Source: Eubacteriales bacterium (GTDB lineage Bacteria; Bacillota; Clostridia; Oscillospirales; CAG-272). From it: a stretch of DNA of 64,000 nucleotides. Below the pieces are notes generated by a model. That model searched no databases. It was given only the letters and a program-made list of their open reading frames with translations, and had not been told where the DNA came from. Each line of letters starts with the position of its first letter. The first letter of the stretch is position 1. A program made the translations under genes and the position numbers. Shown piece after piece: positions 38,204-47,874 of the stretch. Location: assembly GCA_045542075.1 (NCBI GenBank), contig JAZQKI010000042.1:19114-83113 (forward strand), written 5' to 3'.

Positions 38204-40483
38204 TCAGGCATACAGAGCTTCAATGAACATTAAGCCCTCGCCCATCAAAAGTCCGAGCTTGAACATATCGGGGCCGCAAAGATGCGCAAAGTCTCGATCT
38301 TCTCCTGTGGAGCCCTTGCTCAGGAAATTGTCAGCCAATATTATGTAAGAATTTTCAAGATCAGGTTTATCGTTGATTATAATCTCACCGTCATTGTCAT
38401 AATCATACCAATATTCGCAGTTTGCCTTCTTGCCGTTGTTTACTGTCTCGGCATGTGTCCACGTGGTGTAGTCATAGGGGAACGTACCGGTGGGATTACC
38501 CTCGGTAGCTTCCTGGATTGCATAGTTTATAAATGTAATTCCATTCTCAGCAGAATACTCGTCGAAATCCGAACGGATAGAGTTTACAAGCAGCTGCTCG
38601 TACTCCGCGTAAGCCTGCGCAACGTCGGGCATGTGAGATGCATCAGATTCTCCCTGAACCCAGAAGAAGCCTGTGATCTGAGGATTATAGTCATTGGATA
38701 TCATAGCCAACGATTCGTATACGTATGACAGCATCTGATTGTAGAGATAATCTCCCATATCCTCAACAAGATCCTCGGGGTCAAGATCGTAATTTGTGTC
38801 TGTCGGGAACCACTGACCGTTAAGGTAGGTTCCTGCAGCTGTAAACTTAATAATGCCAAGAGGCGCGTCGTCGGCATATCCGTTAGCGGTTAGGTATTCA
38901 ACTATACCGAGCTCGGGACCGATAAAGCCGGGCGCTCCGCCTCCCTTTCCGCCTCTGTAAGCCTCAAATCCGTTGTTCTTCGTAATGCTTTGCCAAACAC
39001 CGTTCAAAACGTTAATGTTATTGTAGTGGATGTAGACGTTGTCATATGTCTTATTGTTATACTTGGGATCAACGTTTGTAATCGGGCTTGCGCCGAATGC
39101 GTTGGACTGACCTGCTATAATAATTATGTTAGCTATGGGCTTATCCTCGGACTCTTCTCTGCCGACTATATTGATATTCCACGTTGTAAGATCAACGTAA
39201 ATTCCCTTACTGAACTCAGCAAAGAAGGTGATCGTATGCTCGCCTGTCGAAAGTCCGGCGGTCTGAGCGGTTATATTGAACGCCTTTGCTCTTTTTCCTA
39301 CAGCATCCTTCATCTCGTCGGTAGGATCAAGCGCGGGAGATATTTGAGCGTTAGCATAGTCATCGTCAATATAATATCCGAAATTGACGATATTAGCGTC
39401 AAATCCCGCATATCCGGTTATAGAAACGCTCATTCCTGCAAAGAGACTCGAAAATTCAACAATTCCGCTTGCGCTGTCAACAGAGCTTATAGCAGCTCCA
39501 GTGAACTCACCGGAGGTGAAGCTCGCGAATGACTTTACGTTGCTGTGTCCGACCCTGAAGGTATCAAAGAAGGGGTCTGCCTCAAATTCGGGTGCGGTTC
39601 TAGGGCCTTCTCCGCAAACGCTGCAATTAAGCACATAGGGGGTATCATAACGGTGACCAAGCTTTTGCACAAGAACTGTAAAACAAACGGTACACTTCTG
39701 GGATTTTGTACATGTGGGCTCATCTCCGGGGGTGTGGGGGAGCTTATCAACATCTACGGGAGCAACGAGTATTTCTCCGCAAACGGAGCACTTTTTACCC
39801 TCACTCTTTCCAGCCATTTTGCAGGAAACAGTTGCAGGAATGAGCTCCTCTGTATGTCCAACAGCCTCAACAACTGTCTGCTCAACAAGGACCTCGCCGC
39901 AATCCGCGCACTTGCTTCCCTCGGTAAGACCGGGTTCGGTACAGGTGGGATCAACTGCCTCTATTGGCTCTGTGTTCTCATGCTCGCATATTTTTGTAAT
40001 AACGATAACGATAGACGTTTCTCCGCTTGCAAACATTGTATATTCATCGGTAAACTCATAGCCGTCAGCCTTGCTTACCTTGCCCTTGTATCCGTCCGCG
40101 GGCTCAAGCTTCATGCTTGCAACACCGTCTTCGTTGGTGACTATAGGATTAAAGCACGTGTCATCCATGCATATAACCACTCTTATTCCCGATACAGCAT
40201 TGCCATCAGCATCCTTGACGGTCACGGTATATTCAACCTTTGTGTCAACGGGGGGCTCGGTAGGAGTTTCCGTAGGCTTTTCTGTGGGTGTGGTAGGAGT
40301 CTCGGTGGGAGTCTCCGTAGGTGTTTCTGAGGGTGTTTCTGTGGGTGTGGTAGGAGCTTCCGTGGGTGTGATCGAGGGAGTTTCCGAGGGCTTATCATCA
40401 TTGTTACATCCAACAATAAGAGCCATACAGGAAAGAAGAAGCACAATCACGAGAGCGATTCCTAAAAATCTTTTGAACTGCAT
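38204..40483 (-). CDS. Surface lipoprotein: PT linker, Ig-like domain, Cys3-His repeats, and a C-terminal SASA-type (GQSN) carbohydrate O-acetylesterase domain
   Basis: Signal peptide with lipobox LIVGC. TPTE-rich linker. Cys repeats (PTCTEPGLTEGSKCADCGEV...GH; SCKMAGKSEGKKCSVCGEI...PH; PTCTKSQKCTVCFTV...GH). Esterase motifs IIIAGQSNAFG and FFWVQGESDA. Confidence 0.75.
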   Translation of the reverse strand: MQFKRFLGIALVIVLLLSCMALIVGCNNDDKPSETPSITPTEAPTTPTETPSETPTETPTETPTTPTEKPTETPTEPPVDTKVEYTVTVKDADGNAVSGIRVVICMDDTCFNPIVTNEDGVASMKLEPADGYKGKVSKADGYEFTDEYTMFASGETSIVIVITKICEHENTEPIEAVDPTCTEPGLTEGSKCADCGEVLVEQTVVEAVGHTEELIPATVSCKMAGKSEGKKCSVCGEILVAPVDVDKLPHTPGDEPTCTKSQKCTVCFTVLVQKLGHRYDTPYVLNCSVCGEGPRTAPEFEADPFFDTFRVGHSNVKSFASFTSGEFTGAAISSVDSASGIVEFSSLFAGMSVSITGYAGFDANIVNFGYYIDDDYANAQISPALDPTDEMKDAVGKRAKAFNITAQTAGLSTGEHTITFFAEFSKGIYVDLTTWNINIVGREESEDKPIANIIIIAGQSNAFGASPITNVDPKYNNKTYDNVYIHYNNINVLNGVWQSITKNNGFEAYRGGKGGGAPGFIGPELGIVEYLTANGYADDAPLGIIKFTAAGTYLNGQWFPTDTNYDLDPEDLVEDMGDYLYNQMLSYVYESLAMISNDYNPQITGFFWVQGESDASHMPDVAQAYAEYEQLLVNSIRSDFDEYSAENGITFINYAIQEATEGNPTGTFPYDYTTWTHAETVNNGKKANCEYWYDYDNDGEIIINDKPDLENSYIILADNFLSKGSTGEDRDFAHLCGPDMFKLGLLMGEGLMFIEALYA
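39600..39990 (-). repeat. Coding region of 3-4 Cys3-His repeat units
   Basis: Repeated C-x5-10-C-x2-C-x10-14-(G/P)H pattern in the translation. Confidence 0.6.
40250..40390 (-). repeat. Pro/Thr/Glu linker-coding short tandem repeat (TPTE periodicity)
   Basis: Encodes PSETPSITPTEAPTTPTETPSETPTETPTETPTTPTEKPTETPTEPP. The DNA shows a 12-nt periodicity (gtgggtgt/ggtaggag variants). Confidence 0.8.
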
Positions 40484-40712
40484 AATTTCCTCCTTGGTTT
40501 GAGTGGCGCTTCATTACGCCAAAAAAAAATTACCACAATAATTTTATCACGAAAATTACATTTTGTCAACATACCGAGACAAAGAATAAAAATATATTTA
40601 TCAGAAACAAAATATCACAAAAAAACCCTTTATCCTTCACATTCAGTTTACAAAAGGATGATAGAATTGTTTTGAATTATTTTTTGAAACTTTTTCCAAA
40701 GGAGAAAAATAG

Positions 40713-43700
40713 ATGCTTCAATTAAAAAATATCATCAAGGTGTACTCCTCGGGCGCAGAAAAGGTAGAAGCACTCAAGGGTGTGGATCTTGAGTTCCGCA
40801 AAAATGAGTTTGTCTCTATTCTCGGACAGTCTGGTTGCGGTAAAACAACACTTTTGAACATCATCGGCGGACTCGACAGATATACCGACGGAGACCTTGT
40901 GATAAACGGAAAGTCAACAAAGACCTTCAAGGACTCGGATTGGGACACATACAGAAATCACTCTATAGGATTCGTATTCCAGAGCTACAATCTTATCCCC
41001 CATCAGACAGTTCTCGCAAACGTTGAGCTTGCGCTTACCCTCTCGGGCGTATCAAAAACAGAGCGAAGACAGCGAGCAATAGCTGCGCTTGAAAGCGTAG
41101 GACTTGCGGACCAGATAAACAAAAAGCCAACGCAGATGTCGGGCGGACAGATGCAGAGAGTTGCAATAGCGCGCGCACTCGTAAATAATCCCGATATTCT
41201 TCTCGCTGACGAGCCCACGGGAGCGCTTGACACCAAGACCAGCGTTCAGATAATGGAAATCCTCAAGGATGTTGCCAAGGATCGCCTTGTTATCATGGTT
41301 ACTCACAACCCCGATCTCGCGGACGAATATTCCACGCGTATAGTAAAGCTCAGCGACGGACTTGTTATAGATGACTCCAATCCCTACGACAGCTCAGCGG
41401 AGGATACAGTAGCTGCGCCTGTCGCTCCCGTCAATAAAAAGGAGATTAAAAAGGCGGAAAAAAAGCGCAGAATGTCATTTGCTACCGCGCTTTCCCTTTC
41501 TATGAATAACCTCTTCACCAAAAAAGGACGTACGGTTATGACGTCTCTTGCGGGAAGCATAGGTATTATAGGAATCGCCCTTATTCTCTCGCTTTCAAAC
41601 GGTATTCAGCTGTTCATAAATCAGGTTCAGGAGGACACCCTCTCCACGTATCCCCTTTCCATTTATAAGGAAACTCAGGATATGTCCGCAATGCTTTCGG
41701 CAATGACCAATTCCTCCGCATCTACAGACTACTCGGATTCGGGAATGATCTACGTTGACGACTCGCTCGGAACAATGATGTCTGCTATGACCTCAACGGT
41801 AGAAAACAATCTCGAAGCCTTCAAGCAGCATATTGACGCAAACAGAGACACTCTTGACGAGTACGTAAGCGATATTCAATATACCTACGATTATGATCTT
41901 CAGGTCTTCAATACGGCAAACGGTACGGTCAAGGTTGGAATGGAGGTTGTGTTCGATCATATGGGAGACGCCTTCTCGGGAATGACCGAAATGATGGAGC
42001 TTGGCGGATCCTCGATCAATATATTCTCAGAAATGATAGACAACCGAGAGCTTCTTGATCAGCAGTACGAGGTCGTGGCAGGAAATTGGCCTGCTGCCGA
42101 TGCCGCTGACGAGGTGGTTTTGGTAGTCAATTCCAACAATCAGATCAGTAAAATGACTCTTTATATGCTCGGCATTCTTGATCCCAATGAAATTGATCAG
42201 GAAATGGCTGATCTTATGAACGGAAAATATGAATCCAAGGAGCTTCCTCCCTACACCTACGAGGACATCCTCAATATGAGATTCAAGCTGCTCACGACAT
42301 CTGATTTCTTTGAGAAAAACCCCGACGCGTCAAAGGGATACACCGTTGGAGACAAGCAGTACAGCAGTTGGATCGATATAAGAGAATATCCCGGCTACGA
42401 TCAGGAAAAATTCGTCACCGAAAACGGTATGGACGTAAAGATCGTGGGAATAATCCGTCCCAGAGCTGACGCGACAGCAACATCTATTTCGGGTGCTGTC
42501 GGCTACACCAAGGCTCTTACCAACTATATTCTTGAGAAGAACGAAACCAGTGAGGTTATAAATCAGCAAAAGGAAACTCCCGATGTAAACGTTCTTACGG
42601 GACTTGCGTTTGAGAGAACGCACTATACTCCCGAGACCATAGACCAGCTCGTTGCAAAGATAGATTCCGCGACAATGGATATGTTCTACGCATATATGAC
42701 CGAGCAGATCCTCACAAACGAGGAGTTTGAGGGCAGGATCAACGTCAAGGATCTTGAATCCTTCCTCGGCGTGTATATGCTCCTCCCCGCTGATAAGCAG
42801 GCAGAGGTACTTACCGCTGTTCTTGATGCAGTCAATGAAAATCCCATGTCGGCAGCTATGGCAGACAACCTCTTGAAGATGATATCACAGACCACGGGCG
42901 GAATAGAGATCACTCGTCAGAATTTCGTGAAGCTTCTTCCCGCTCTTGATACTCAGTCACACGTAATGCTTTCCTTCATCGGCTTCCAGCAGAGCGAGCA
43001 AATACCCATCACTATGCCCGGACTCGTTGAGCTTGCGGGAGAAGAAAAAATGTCCGCTATATACGAAAAAATGACCGCTGACATAAAGACTATGACTGTC
43101 AACGAGGATATTTTCGTGACCATACTCGGCACGATGACGGCAGATGACCCCGCATTTATTCAGCTTGAGGAAACTCTTTACGGAATGGCTCCCGGAATAG
43201 ATGCAACATATGACAGTGTCCTTGAGGAGCTTGACGATGCTCAAAAGGCCTCTCCCGCCTCTATAAACTTCTACGCAAAGGACTTTGCTTCCAAGGAGTA
43301 TGTCGAGCAGTTTATTAAAGATTACAATAATTCCGTTGAGAAAAAGGATCAGCTTCAGTACAGCGATCTTGTCGGAGCTATGATGTCCTCGGTGTCCACG
43401 ATAATTGACGTTATCTCCTACGTTCTCATCGCTTTCGTTGCTATATCCCTTGTGGTATCCTCTATAATGATCGGAATTATTACAAACATCTCGGTTCTTG
43501 AAAGAACAAAGGAGATAGGTATTCTCCGCGCCATCGGCGCGTCCAAGAAGGATGTATCCCGTGTATTCAATGCAGAGACCTTTATTATCGGTACATGCGC
43601 GGGCATACTCGGTATACTGATAACAATCCTTCTCTGCATACCCACAAACGCGATCATTCAGGCTCTCTCGGGCTTCTCAAACGTAAAGGCGACTCTTCCC

Positions 43701-43817
43701 GTTGCCGCTGCGTTCATTCTCATCGCAATAAGTATGGGACTGACGCTTATAGCGGGACTTATTCCCTCCCGTGCTGCGGCTAAGAAGGATCCCGTTGAAG
43801 CGCTCAGAAGCGAATAA
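40713..43817 (+). CDS. Fused MacB/FtsX-type ABC transporter (NBD + 4-TM permease) with a very large extracytoplasmic domain
   Basis: N-terminal NBD (GQSGCGKTTLLN, MSGGQMQR, LLADEPTGALD), TM1 near aa 275-295, then about 600 aa of non-membrane sequence. The C-terminus is FtsX-like (ERTKEIGILRAIGASKKDV...PSRAAAKKDPVEALRSE). Confidence 0.85.
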   Translation: MLQLKNIIKVYSSGAEKVEALKGVDLEFRKNEFVSILGQSGCGKTTLLNIIGGLDRYTDGDLVINGKSTKTFKDSDWDTYRNHSIGFVFQSYNLIPHQTVLANVELALTLSGVSKTERRQRAIAALESVGLADQINKKPTQMSGGQMQRVAIARALVNNPDILLADEPTGALDTKTSVQIMEILKDVAKDRLVIMVTHNPDLADEYSTRIVKLSDGLVIDDSNPYDSSAEDTVAAPVAPVNKKEIKKAEKKRRMSFATALSLSMNNLFTKKGRTVMTSLAGSIGIIGIALILSLSNGIQLFINQVQEDTLSTYPLSIYKETQDMSAMLSAMTNSSASTDYSDSGMIYVDDSLGTMMSAMTSTVENNLEAFKQHIDANRDTLDEYVSDIQYTYDYDLQVFNTANGTVKVGMEVVFDHMGDAFSGMTEMMELGGSSINIFSEMIDNRELLDQQYEVVAGNWPAADAADEVVLVVNSNNQISKMTLYMLGILDPNEIDQEMADLMNGKYESKELPPYTYEDILNMRFKLLTTSDFFEKNPDASKGYTVGDKQYSSWIDIREYPGYDQEKFVTENGMDVKIVGIIRPRADATATSISGAVGYTKALTNYILEKNETSEVINQQKETPDVNVLTGLAFERTHYTPETIDQLVAKIDSATMDMFYAYMTEQILTNEEFEGRINVKDLESFLGVYMLLPADKQAEVLTAVLDAVNENPMSAAMADNLLKMISQTTGGIEITRQNFVKLLPALDTQSHVMLSFIGFQQSEQIPITMPGLVELAGEEKMSAIYEKMTADIKTMTVNEDIFVTILGTMTADDPAFIQLEETLYGMAPGIDATYDSVLEELDDAQKASPASINFYAKDFASKEYVEQFIKDYNNSVEKKDQLQYSDLVGAMMSSVSTIIDVISYVLIAFVAISLVVSSIMIGIITNISVLERTKEIGILRAIGASKKDVSRVFNAETFIIGTCAGILGILITILLCIPTNAIIQALSGFSNVKATLPVAAAFILIAISMGLTLIAGLIPSRAAAKKDPVEALRSE

Positions 43818-43826
43818 TTATAAGAT

Positions 43827-43859
43827 AAAAAATCCGACTCACAAGAGTCGGATTTTTTA
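43827..43859. terminator. Bidirectional terminator between the ABC gene and rubredoxin
   Basis: Stem atccgactc/gagtcggat with loop acaa, flanked by A6 and T6 runs. Confidence 0.75.
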
Positions 43860-44033
43860 TCAGTAATCCTCGGGATATACAGGCTCGAACTCGTCCTTTG
43901 CCGCTCCGCACACGGGACATACCCAATCGTTTGGAATATCCGCAAATTCAACACCCGCAGCTATACCGCCTGCCGCGTCACCCTCGTTTTGGATGTACTC
44001 ATATCCGCAAATCGCACAAGCATACACACACAT
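43860..44033 (-). CDS. Rubredoxin
   Basis: 57 aa from MCVYACAICGYEY...WVCPVCGAAKDEF (two CxxCG knuckles). Start moved to the Met preceded by GGGGAGGTG. Confidence 0.9.
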   Translation of the reverse strand: MCVYACAICGYEYIQNEGDAAGGIAAGVEFADIPNDWVCPVCGAAKDEFEPVYPEDY

Positions 44034-44186
44034 AGTTACACCTCCCCGGTAAATATATTTCGGTATGACCGCTACCTCTAATATAATATTACGTCTTCTT
44101 AATATTGCCAATATATATTGCAAAATCATAAAAATTTTCCCGCGTCATATATTTGATATATAAATGATATGCGAAGGGCTTGTAAT

Positions 44187-45731
44187 ATGTCATCAAGAAC
44201 AAGAAGATTTTTTTTAAATTTTTTGTCGTTGACCGCCACTGCGCTCATAATCCGCGGTGTGGGAGTGGCATTTAATATTTACGTCTCTAATACCGCGGGT
44301 GCGGAGGCTATGGGACTGTACTCGCTTATGGGCGGTATTTATGCGTTTGCGGTTACAATTGGGTGCGCGGGAATAAATCTCGGCACTACCCGCGCGGTGT
44401 CCGACGCCATGGGTGTGGGCGACAGAGAGTTGGCGCGCAGAACCGCTAAAAAAGCTCTTGTATGCGCGTTTGTGTCAAGTCTTGCGGCAACTGTTCTTCT
44501 CTTTTTTCTATCGGGCATGCTTGGTGAAGACATGCTTGGAGACACAAGAGTTATCCGCTCACTGAAAATTCTTGCCCTATCGCTTATTCCCGTATCCCTC
44601 AGCTCCTGTCTGTCGGGATATTTTACTGCTGTCAAGCGTGTGCGCGCAAGCTCATTAATACAGATCATTGCGCAAGGAATAAAGATAATTCTCACTATTA
44701 TTTTTTTGAGAAAATTTGTTCAAAGGGGCGCGGAATACGCTTGCATCGCGCTTGTGCTTGGAGCGGTGCTTGCCGAATTTTTTTCCTTGATCGCCGCATT
44801 TATTCTTTATAAATATGACAGCAAAAAGCATTTGATAAGTCCTCTGACACGTAAAGGCTCAAACAGCGGAATAACAAAAAAGCTGCTTTCAATAACTGTT
44901 CCTGTCACCATAAGTGCGACCGTACGGTCGGGACTTACAACGATCCAGCACATACTTATTCCAAAAGGACTTAAAGCAAGCGGAAAGTCGTGGTCGTCAG
45001 CGCTCGCCTCCTACGGTATTCTTCACAGTATGGTAATGCCGCTCATACTGTTCCCCTCGGCATTTATCACCTCATTTTCAGGTCTGCTTATACCCGAGGT
45101 CACGGAATGCAGAGTACAAAACAATCCCGAAAGGCTCCGTCGCATTTCATACAGAATACTCACTCTCGCGCTTATTTTTTCCATTGGAACGTCGGGGATT
45201 ATGATATTTTACTCCTACGGACTCGGCACAACCGTATATAACAGCGAGGAAGCGGCGCACTACATAAGACTCATGGCACCGCTTATTCCCATAATGTACA
45301 TTGACAGCTCTGTAGACGCCATTCTCAAGGGCATGGGGCATGAGGTCTACTCAATGAACGTCAACATAGCTGACGCCTTGACTGCCTGTATTTTCGCCCT
45401 TCTTCTTATTCCGAAAATGGGGCTTATGGGATACGTTATCTCAATATACGCTACCGAAATGCTCAACACGTTTTTGAGCCTTTGGAAAATGGTATCGGTG
45501 ACAAAAATGAAATTCAGGATATTTCATCAGATATTTATGCCCGTTGTATGTATTCTCTGCGCGACAAACGCCGCATATTTTTCCCTTCGTATTTTCGACA
45601 TCAAAGGACAGATACTTGACATAACTCTTCACATTATTCTGTCAATATTCTTTTATATCGCCTTCCTCTACCTTACAAAAACTATTGGCAAGGACGAAAA
45701 GGAGGTCATTTTCTTCGCACTGAAAAAATAA
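44187..45731 (+). CDS. MOP-superfamily polysaccharide/lipid-II flippase, SpoVB-like
   Basis: About 14 TM segments. The N-terminus (RFFLNFLSLTATALIIRGVGVAFNIYVSNTAGAEAMGLYSL) resembles stage V sporulation protein B. The start is ambiguous (44169 or 44187). Confidence 0.72.
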   Translation: MSSRTRRFFLNFLSLTATALIIRGVGVAFNIYVSNTAGAEAMGLYSLMGGIYAFAVTIGCAGINLGTTRAVSDAMGVGDRELARRTAKKALVCAFVSSLAATVLLFFLSGMLGEDMLGDTRVIRSLKILALSLIPVSLSSCLSGYFTAVKRVRASSLIQIIAQGIKIILTIIFLRKFVQRGAEYACIALVLGAVLAEFFSLIAAFILYKYDSKKHLISPLTRKGSNSGITKKLLSITVPVTISATVRSGLTTIQHILIPKGLKASGKSWSSALASYGILHSMVMPLILFPSAFITSFSGLLIPEVTECRVQNNPERLRRISYRILTLALIFSIGTSGIMIFYSYGLGTTVYNSEEAAHYIRLMAPLIPIMYIDSSVDAILKGMGHEVYSMNVNIADALTACIFALLLIPKMGLMGYVISIYATEMLNTFLSLWKMVSVTKMKFRIFHQIFMPVVCILCATNAAYFSLRIFDIKGQILDITLHIILSIFFYIAFLYLTKTIGKDEKEVIFFALKK

Positions 45732-45737
45732 GGGTGA

Positions 45738-46406
45738 TCACTCACCCTTATCTTGACTTATATCATCTTCTATATGAACTCGAGGTAAGCTCCAACGGAA
45801 TTTTGCCGCGAGCATTCTCAGAGTCACAATTGTTACGACCGGAATAGCTATGGAAATTACAGATTCTCCGAGGTTAAGTCTGAGAATATAATACATAAGG
45901 CTTCCGAATATTGAAACCAATGCGTAAACGTGTTTTTTTAATATATAAGGAGTATCGTTGACAAGCACGTCGCGTATAAGTCCTCCGCCGACGCCCGTCA
46001 GAACTCCCAACGTGACCGAAAGAAGTATCTTATCATCAAGACCGCAGACAAACGCTGTTTCCGTACCCATTACGGAAAACGCGGCGAGCCCAAGCGCGTC
46101 AAAAAGATTGTTTATATGCTCTATCCTCTTTCGCATTTCCGTGAAATTACGGCGTCTTATATACGATACGATAAATACCACCACCGACACAAACACAGCT
46201 ATTAAAATTATGTAAGACCTTGAAAATACCGCCGGAGGTGTTCGTCCTATTATAAGGTCCCTTATAATTCCTCCGCCAACCGCGGTAATGCCTCCGAGAA
46301 GAATTACTCCCAGCATATCAAGCTTTGCCTTTATCGACACAAGCGCCCCCGACACCGCAAATGCCACGGTGCCGACTATTTCAAGAATAAGTAATGCAAT
46401 ATCCAT
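45738..46406 (-). CDS. UPF0126/YadS-family (TRIC-like) membrane protein
   Basis: Two internal repeats with GGGxxRD motifs (GGITAVGGGIIRD; GVLTGVGGGLIRD). Start moved to MDIALLILE. Confidence 0.8.
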   Translation of the reverse strand: MDIALLILEIVGTVAFAVSGALVSIKAKLDMLGVILLGGITAVGGGIIRDLIIGRTPPAVFSRSYIILIAVFVSVVVFIVSYIRRRNFTEMRKRIEHINNLFDALGLAAFSVMGTETAFVCGLDDKILLSVTLGVLTGVGGGLIRDVLVNDTPYILKKHVYALVSIFGSLMYYILRLNLGESVISIAIPVVTIVTLRMLAAKFRWSLPRVHIEDDISQDKGE

Positions 46407-46483
46407 ATATTTTTCCTTTGATAATTTGATATTTGATGACTGTCTCACCTATTATATCATATACAAAAACATAAGTCAAGCGC

Positions 46484-46517
46484 AAAAAAACGGACAAACA
46501 CTCTTGTCCGTTTTTTG
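46484..46517 (-). terminator. Intrinsic terminator downstream of the zinc-ribbon gene
   Basis: Stem acggacaa/ttgtccgt flanked by A7 and T6 runs. Confidence 0.7.
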
Positions 46518-46589
46518 ATTTTTATCAACTATATGTAACCGAAGTTAAAAGCGCAACTTTTTGTTATTATAGCAGATTACAGCAATATC

Positions 46590-46925
46590 TTATCTGGATC
46601 TTCTTGCCTCAAAGCACTTGCTGCAGTAAACGGGTCTGTCGCTTGAAGGCTGGAAAGGAAGCTTTGCTTCGCCGCCGCACTCGCTGCAAACAGCTATAAA
46701 GGTCTCGCGCTCAGGCTTATCTGCGTTCTTTCTCTTATCGCGGCAAGCCTTGCAAGCCTTGGGCTGATTCTTGAAGCCCTTTTCAGCATAGAACTGCTGC
46801 TCGCCTGCGGTGAATGTGAATTCCTGTCCGCAGTCCTTACATGTGAGAACTATGTCCTCATAAACAGTCTCTACTGCCTCAGCCTCTGCAACTTCGCCTT
46901 CAACTTTTACTTCTTCTTCGTACAT
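46590..46925 (-). CDS. Soluble double zinc-ribbon protein with an acidic N-terminus
   Basis: 111 aa with CKDCG...CKACRDKRK and CSECGG...CSKCFEARR, i.e. two CxxC-Xn-CxxC units. Confidence 0.7.
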   Translation of the reverse strand: MYEEEVKVEGEVAEAEAVETVYEDIVLTCKDCGQEFTFTAGEQQFYAEKGFKNQPKACKACRDKRKNADKPERETFIAVCSECGGEAKLPFQPSSDRPVYCSKCFEARRSR

Positions 46926-47018
46926 TGTTTTAATACCTCACTTTTGATAATGATACCTGCCACTCCGCTTTTACAGTGGCCTATATATAAACTCTCTTTG
47001 AGAATTTACCTTGTGTGA

Positions 47019-47618
47019 TCAGTCAGACAACAGCTGTCTGAGCTTTTTGCGTATTCTGTATATTGCGTTATTGACGGAACGCGTGTCACATCCGACCTTG
47101 CCCGCAATTGCCTTGGCGGACATTCCGGTGGTGTAAAGCCACCACACCTTTGCCTCGTAGGCAGAAAGATTGCTCTGTATTCTGTCAACGAGAGCTCTGA
47201 TCTTTTCGTCCTCAATCACCTGCTCGAGCGGGTCGGTCTGTCCGTCCTGCGGGATGAACTGCGAAAGCTCATCAAGAGATGCCACGCTACGTGTAACACC
47301 GGAATTGTACTTACGTATAAAGGTTATAAGTCTGTTATTGATGCACACCTTCGCATACAGTCCAAACTCGACCTGCGGCTCCTCGCAGTTATAATTACAT
47401 ACAGCAATGACAAACGCACTGACCGCTTCGTCATACAGGTCCTCACGGTCCTGATTGGACATGTAGTCGGCATAAGCGCGGCTTACCTGCGATTCGATAA
47501 GAGGATGATATTTACTTTTTAGAATGTCCAAGGCGTCAAGGCTGCCCTCTCTCGCCCTCTGAATCAGGGAAATTACATCCTCCCTTGACTCGATTGCATT
47601 TCTGTTTTCCGAATTCAT
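47019..47618 (-). CDS. Sigma-70-family RNA polymerase sigma factor (group 3/4-like)
   Basis: 199 aa. Region 2-like segment (YHPLIESQVSRAY...DREDLYDEAVSAFVIAV) and region 4 HTH (MSAKAIAGKVGCDTRSVNNAIYRIRKKL). Confidence 0.8.
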   Translation of the reverse strand: MNSENRNAIESREDVISLIQRAREGSLDALDILKSKYHPLIESQVSRAYADYMSNQDREDLYDEAVSAFVIAVCNYNCEEPQVEFGLYAKVCINNRLITFIRKYNSGVTRSVASLDELSQFIPQDGQTDPLEQVIEDEKIRALVDRIQSNLSAYEAKVWWLYTTGMSAKAIAGKVGCDTRSVNNAIYRIRKKLRQLLSD

Positions 47619-47666
47619 TTCTCTCCTACCGACTTGTAAAAATAAGACTTACAAATACACAAGTTA

Positions 47667-47695
47667 ATTGTATCATTATTTTTCCCAAAAGTCAA
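47667..47695 (-). promoter_or_regulatory. Putative promoter of the sigma-factor gene (TTGACT-N17-TACAAT)
   Basis: Hexamers read on the minus strand, about 50 nt upstream of the start. Confidence 0.5.
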
Positions 47696-47874
47696 CACTG
47701 ATTTTTGCAATTTTTTGTTGCACTTTTACAAAAAATCTTGTTGATGGGCGGTTTTGAACAAATTGTTATGTTCTTTGTTGTGCATTTTAATCAACATTTT
47801 TGATTTTGTTGTTGATTATGCACATTGATTTTATTAAAAGTTTGTTAACTTTTTTCTAAAGAATATTGAATAAA

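Noticed and set aside
40071-40502. Plus-strand ORF encoding VGVSVGVSVGV repeats, with similar ORFs at 59764-60057 and 40222-40446. The periodic DNA could at first glance be mistaken for a repeat array.
   Set aside because: This is the antisense or alternative frame of the TPTE linker-coding microsatellite. The period is 12 nt with no spacers, so it is not a CRISPR and not an independent gene.
47700-47874. Recurring TTGTTG/TTGTTA motifs (six copies) upstream of the sigma-factor gene, considered as a possible operator array.
   Set aside because: The spacing is irregular (14-35 nt) and the region is very AT-rich, so such hexamers are expected by chance. I could not define an extended conserved repeat.
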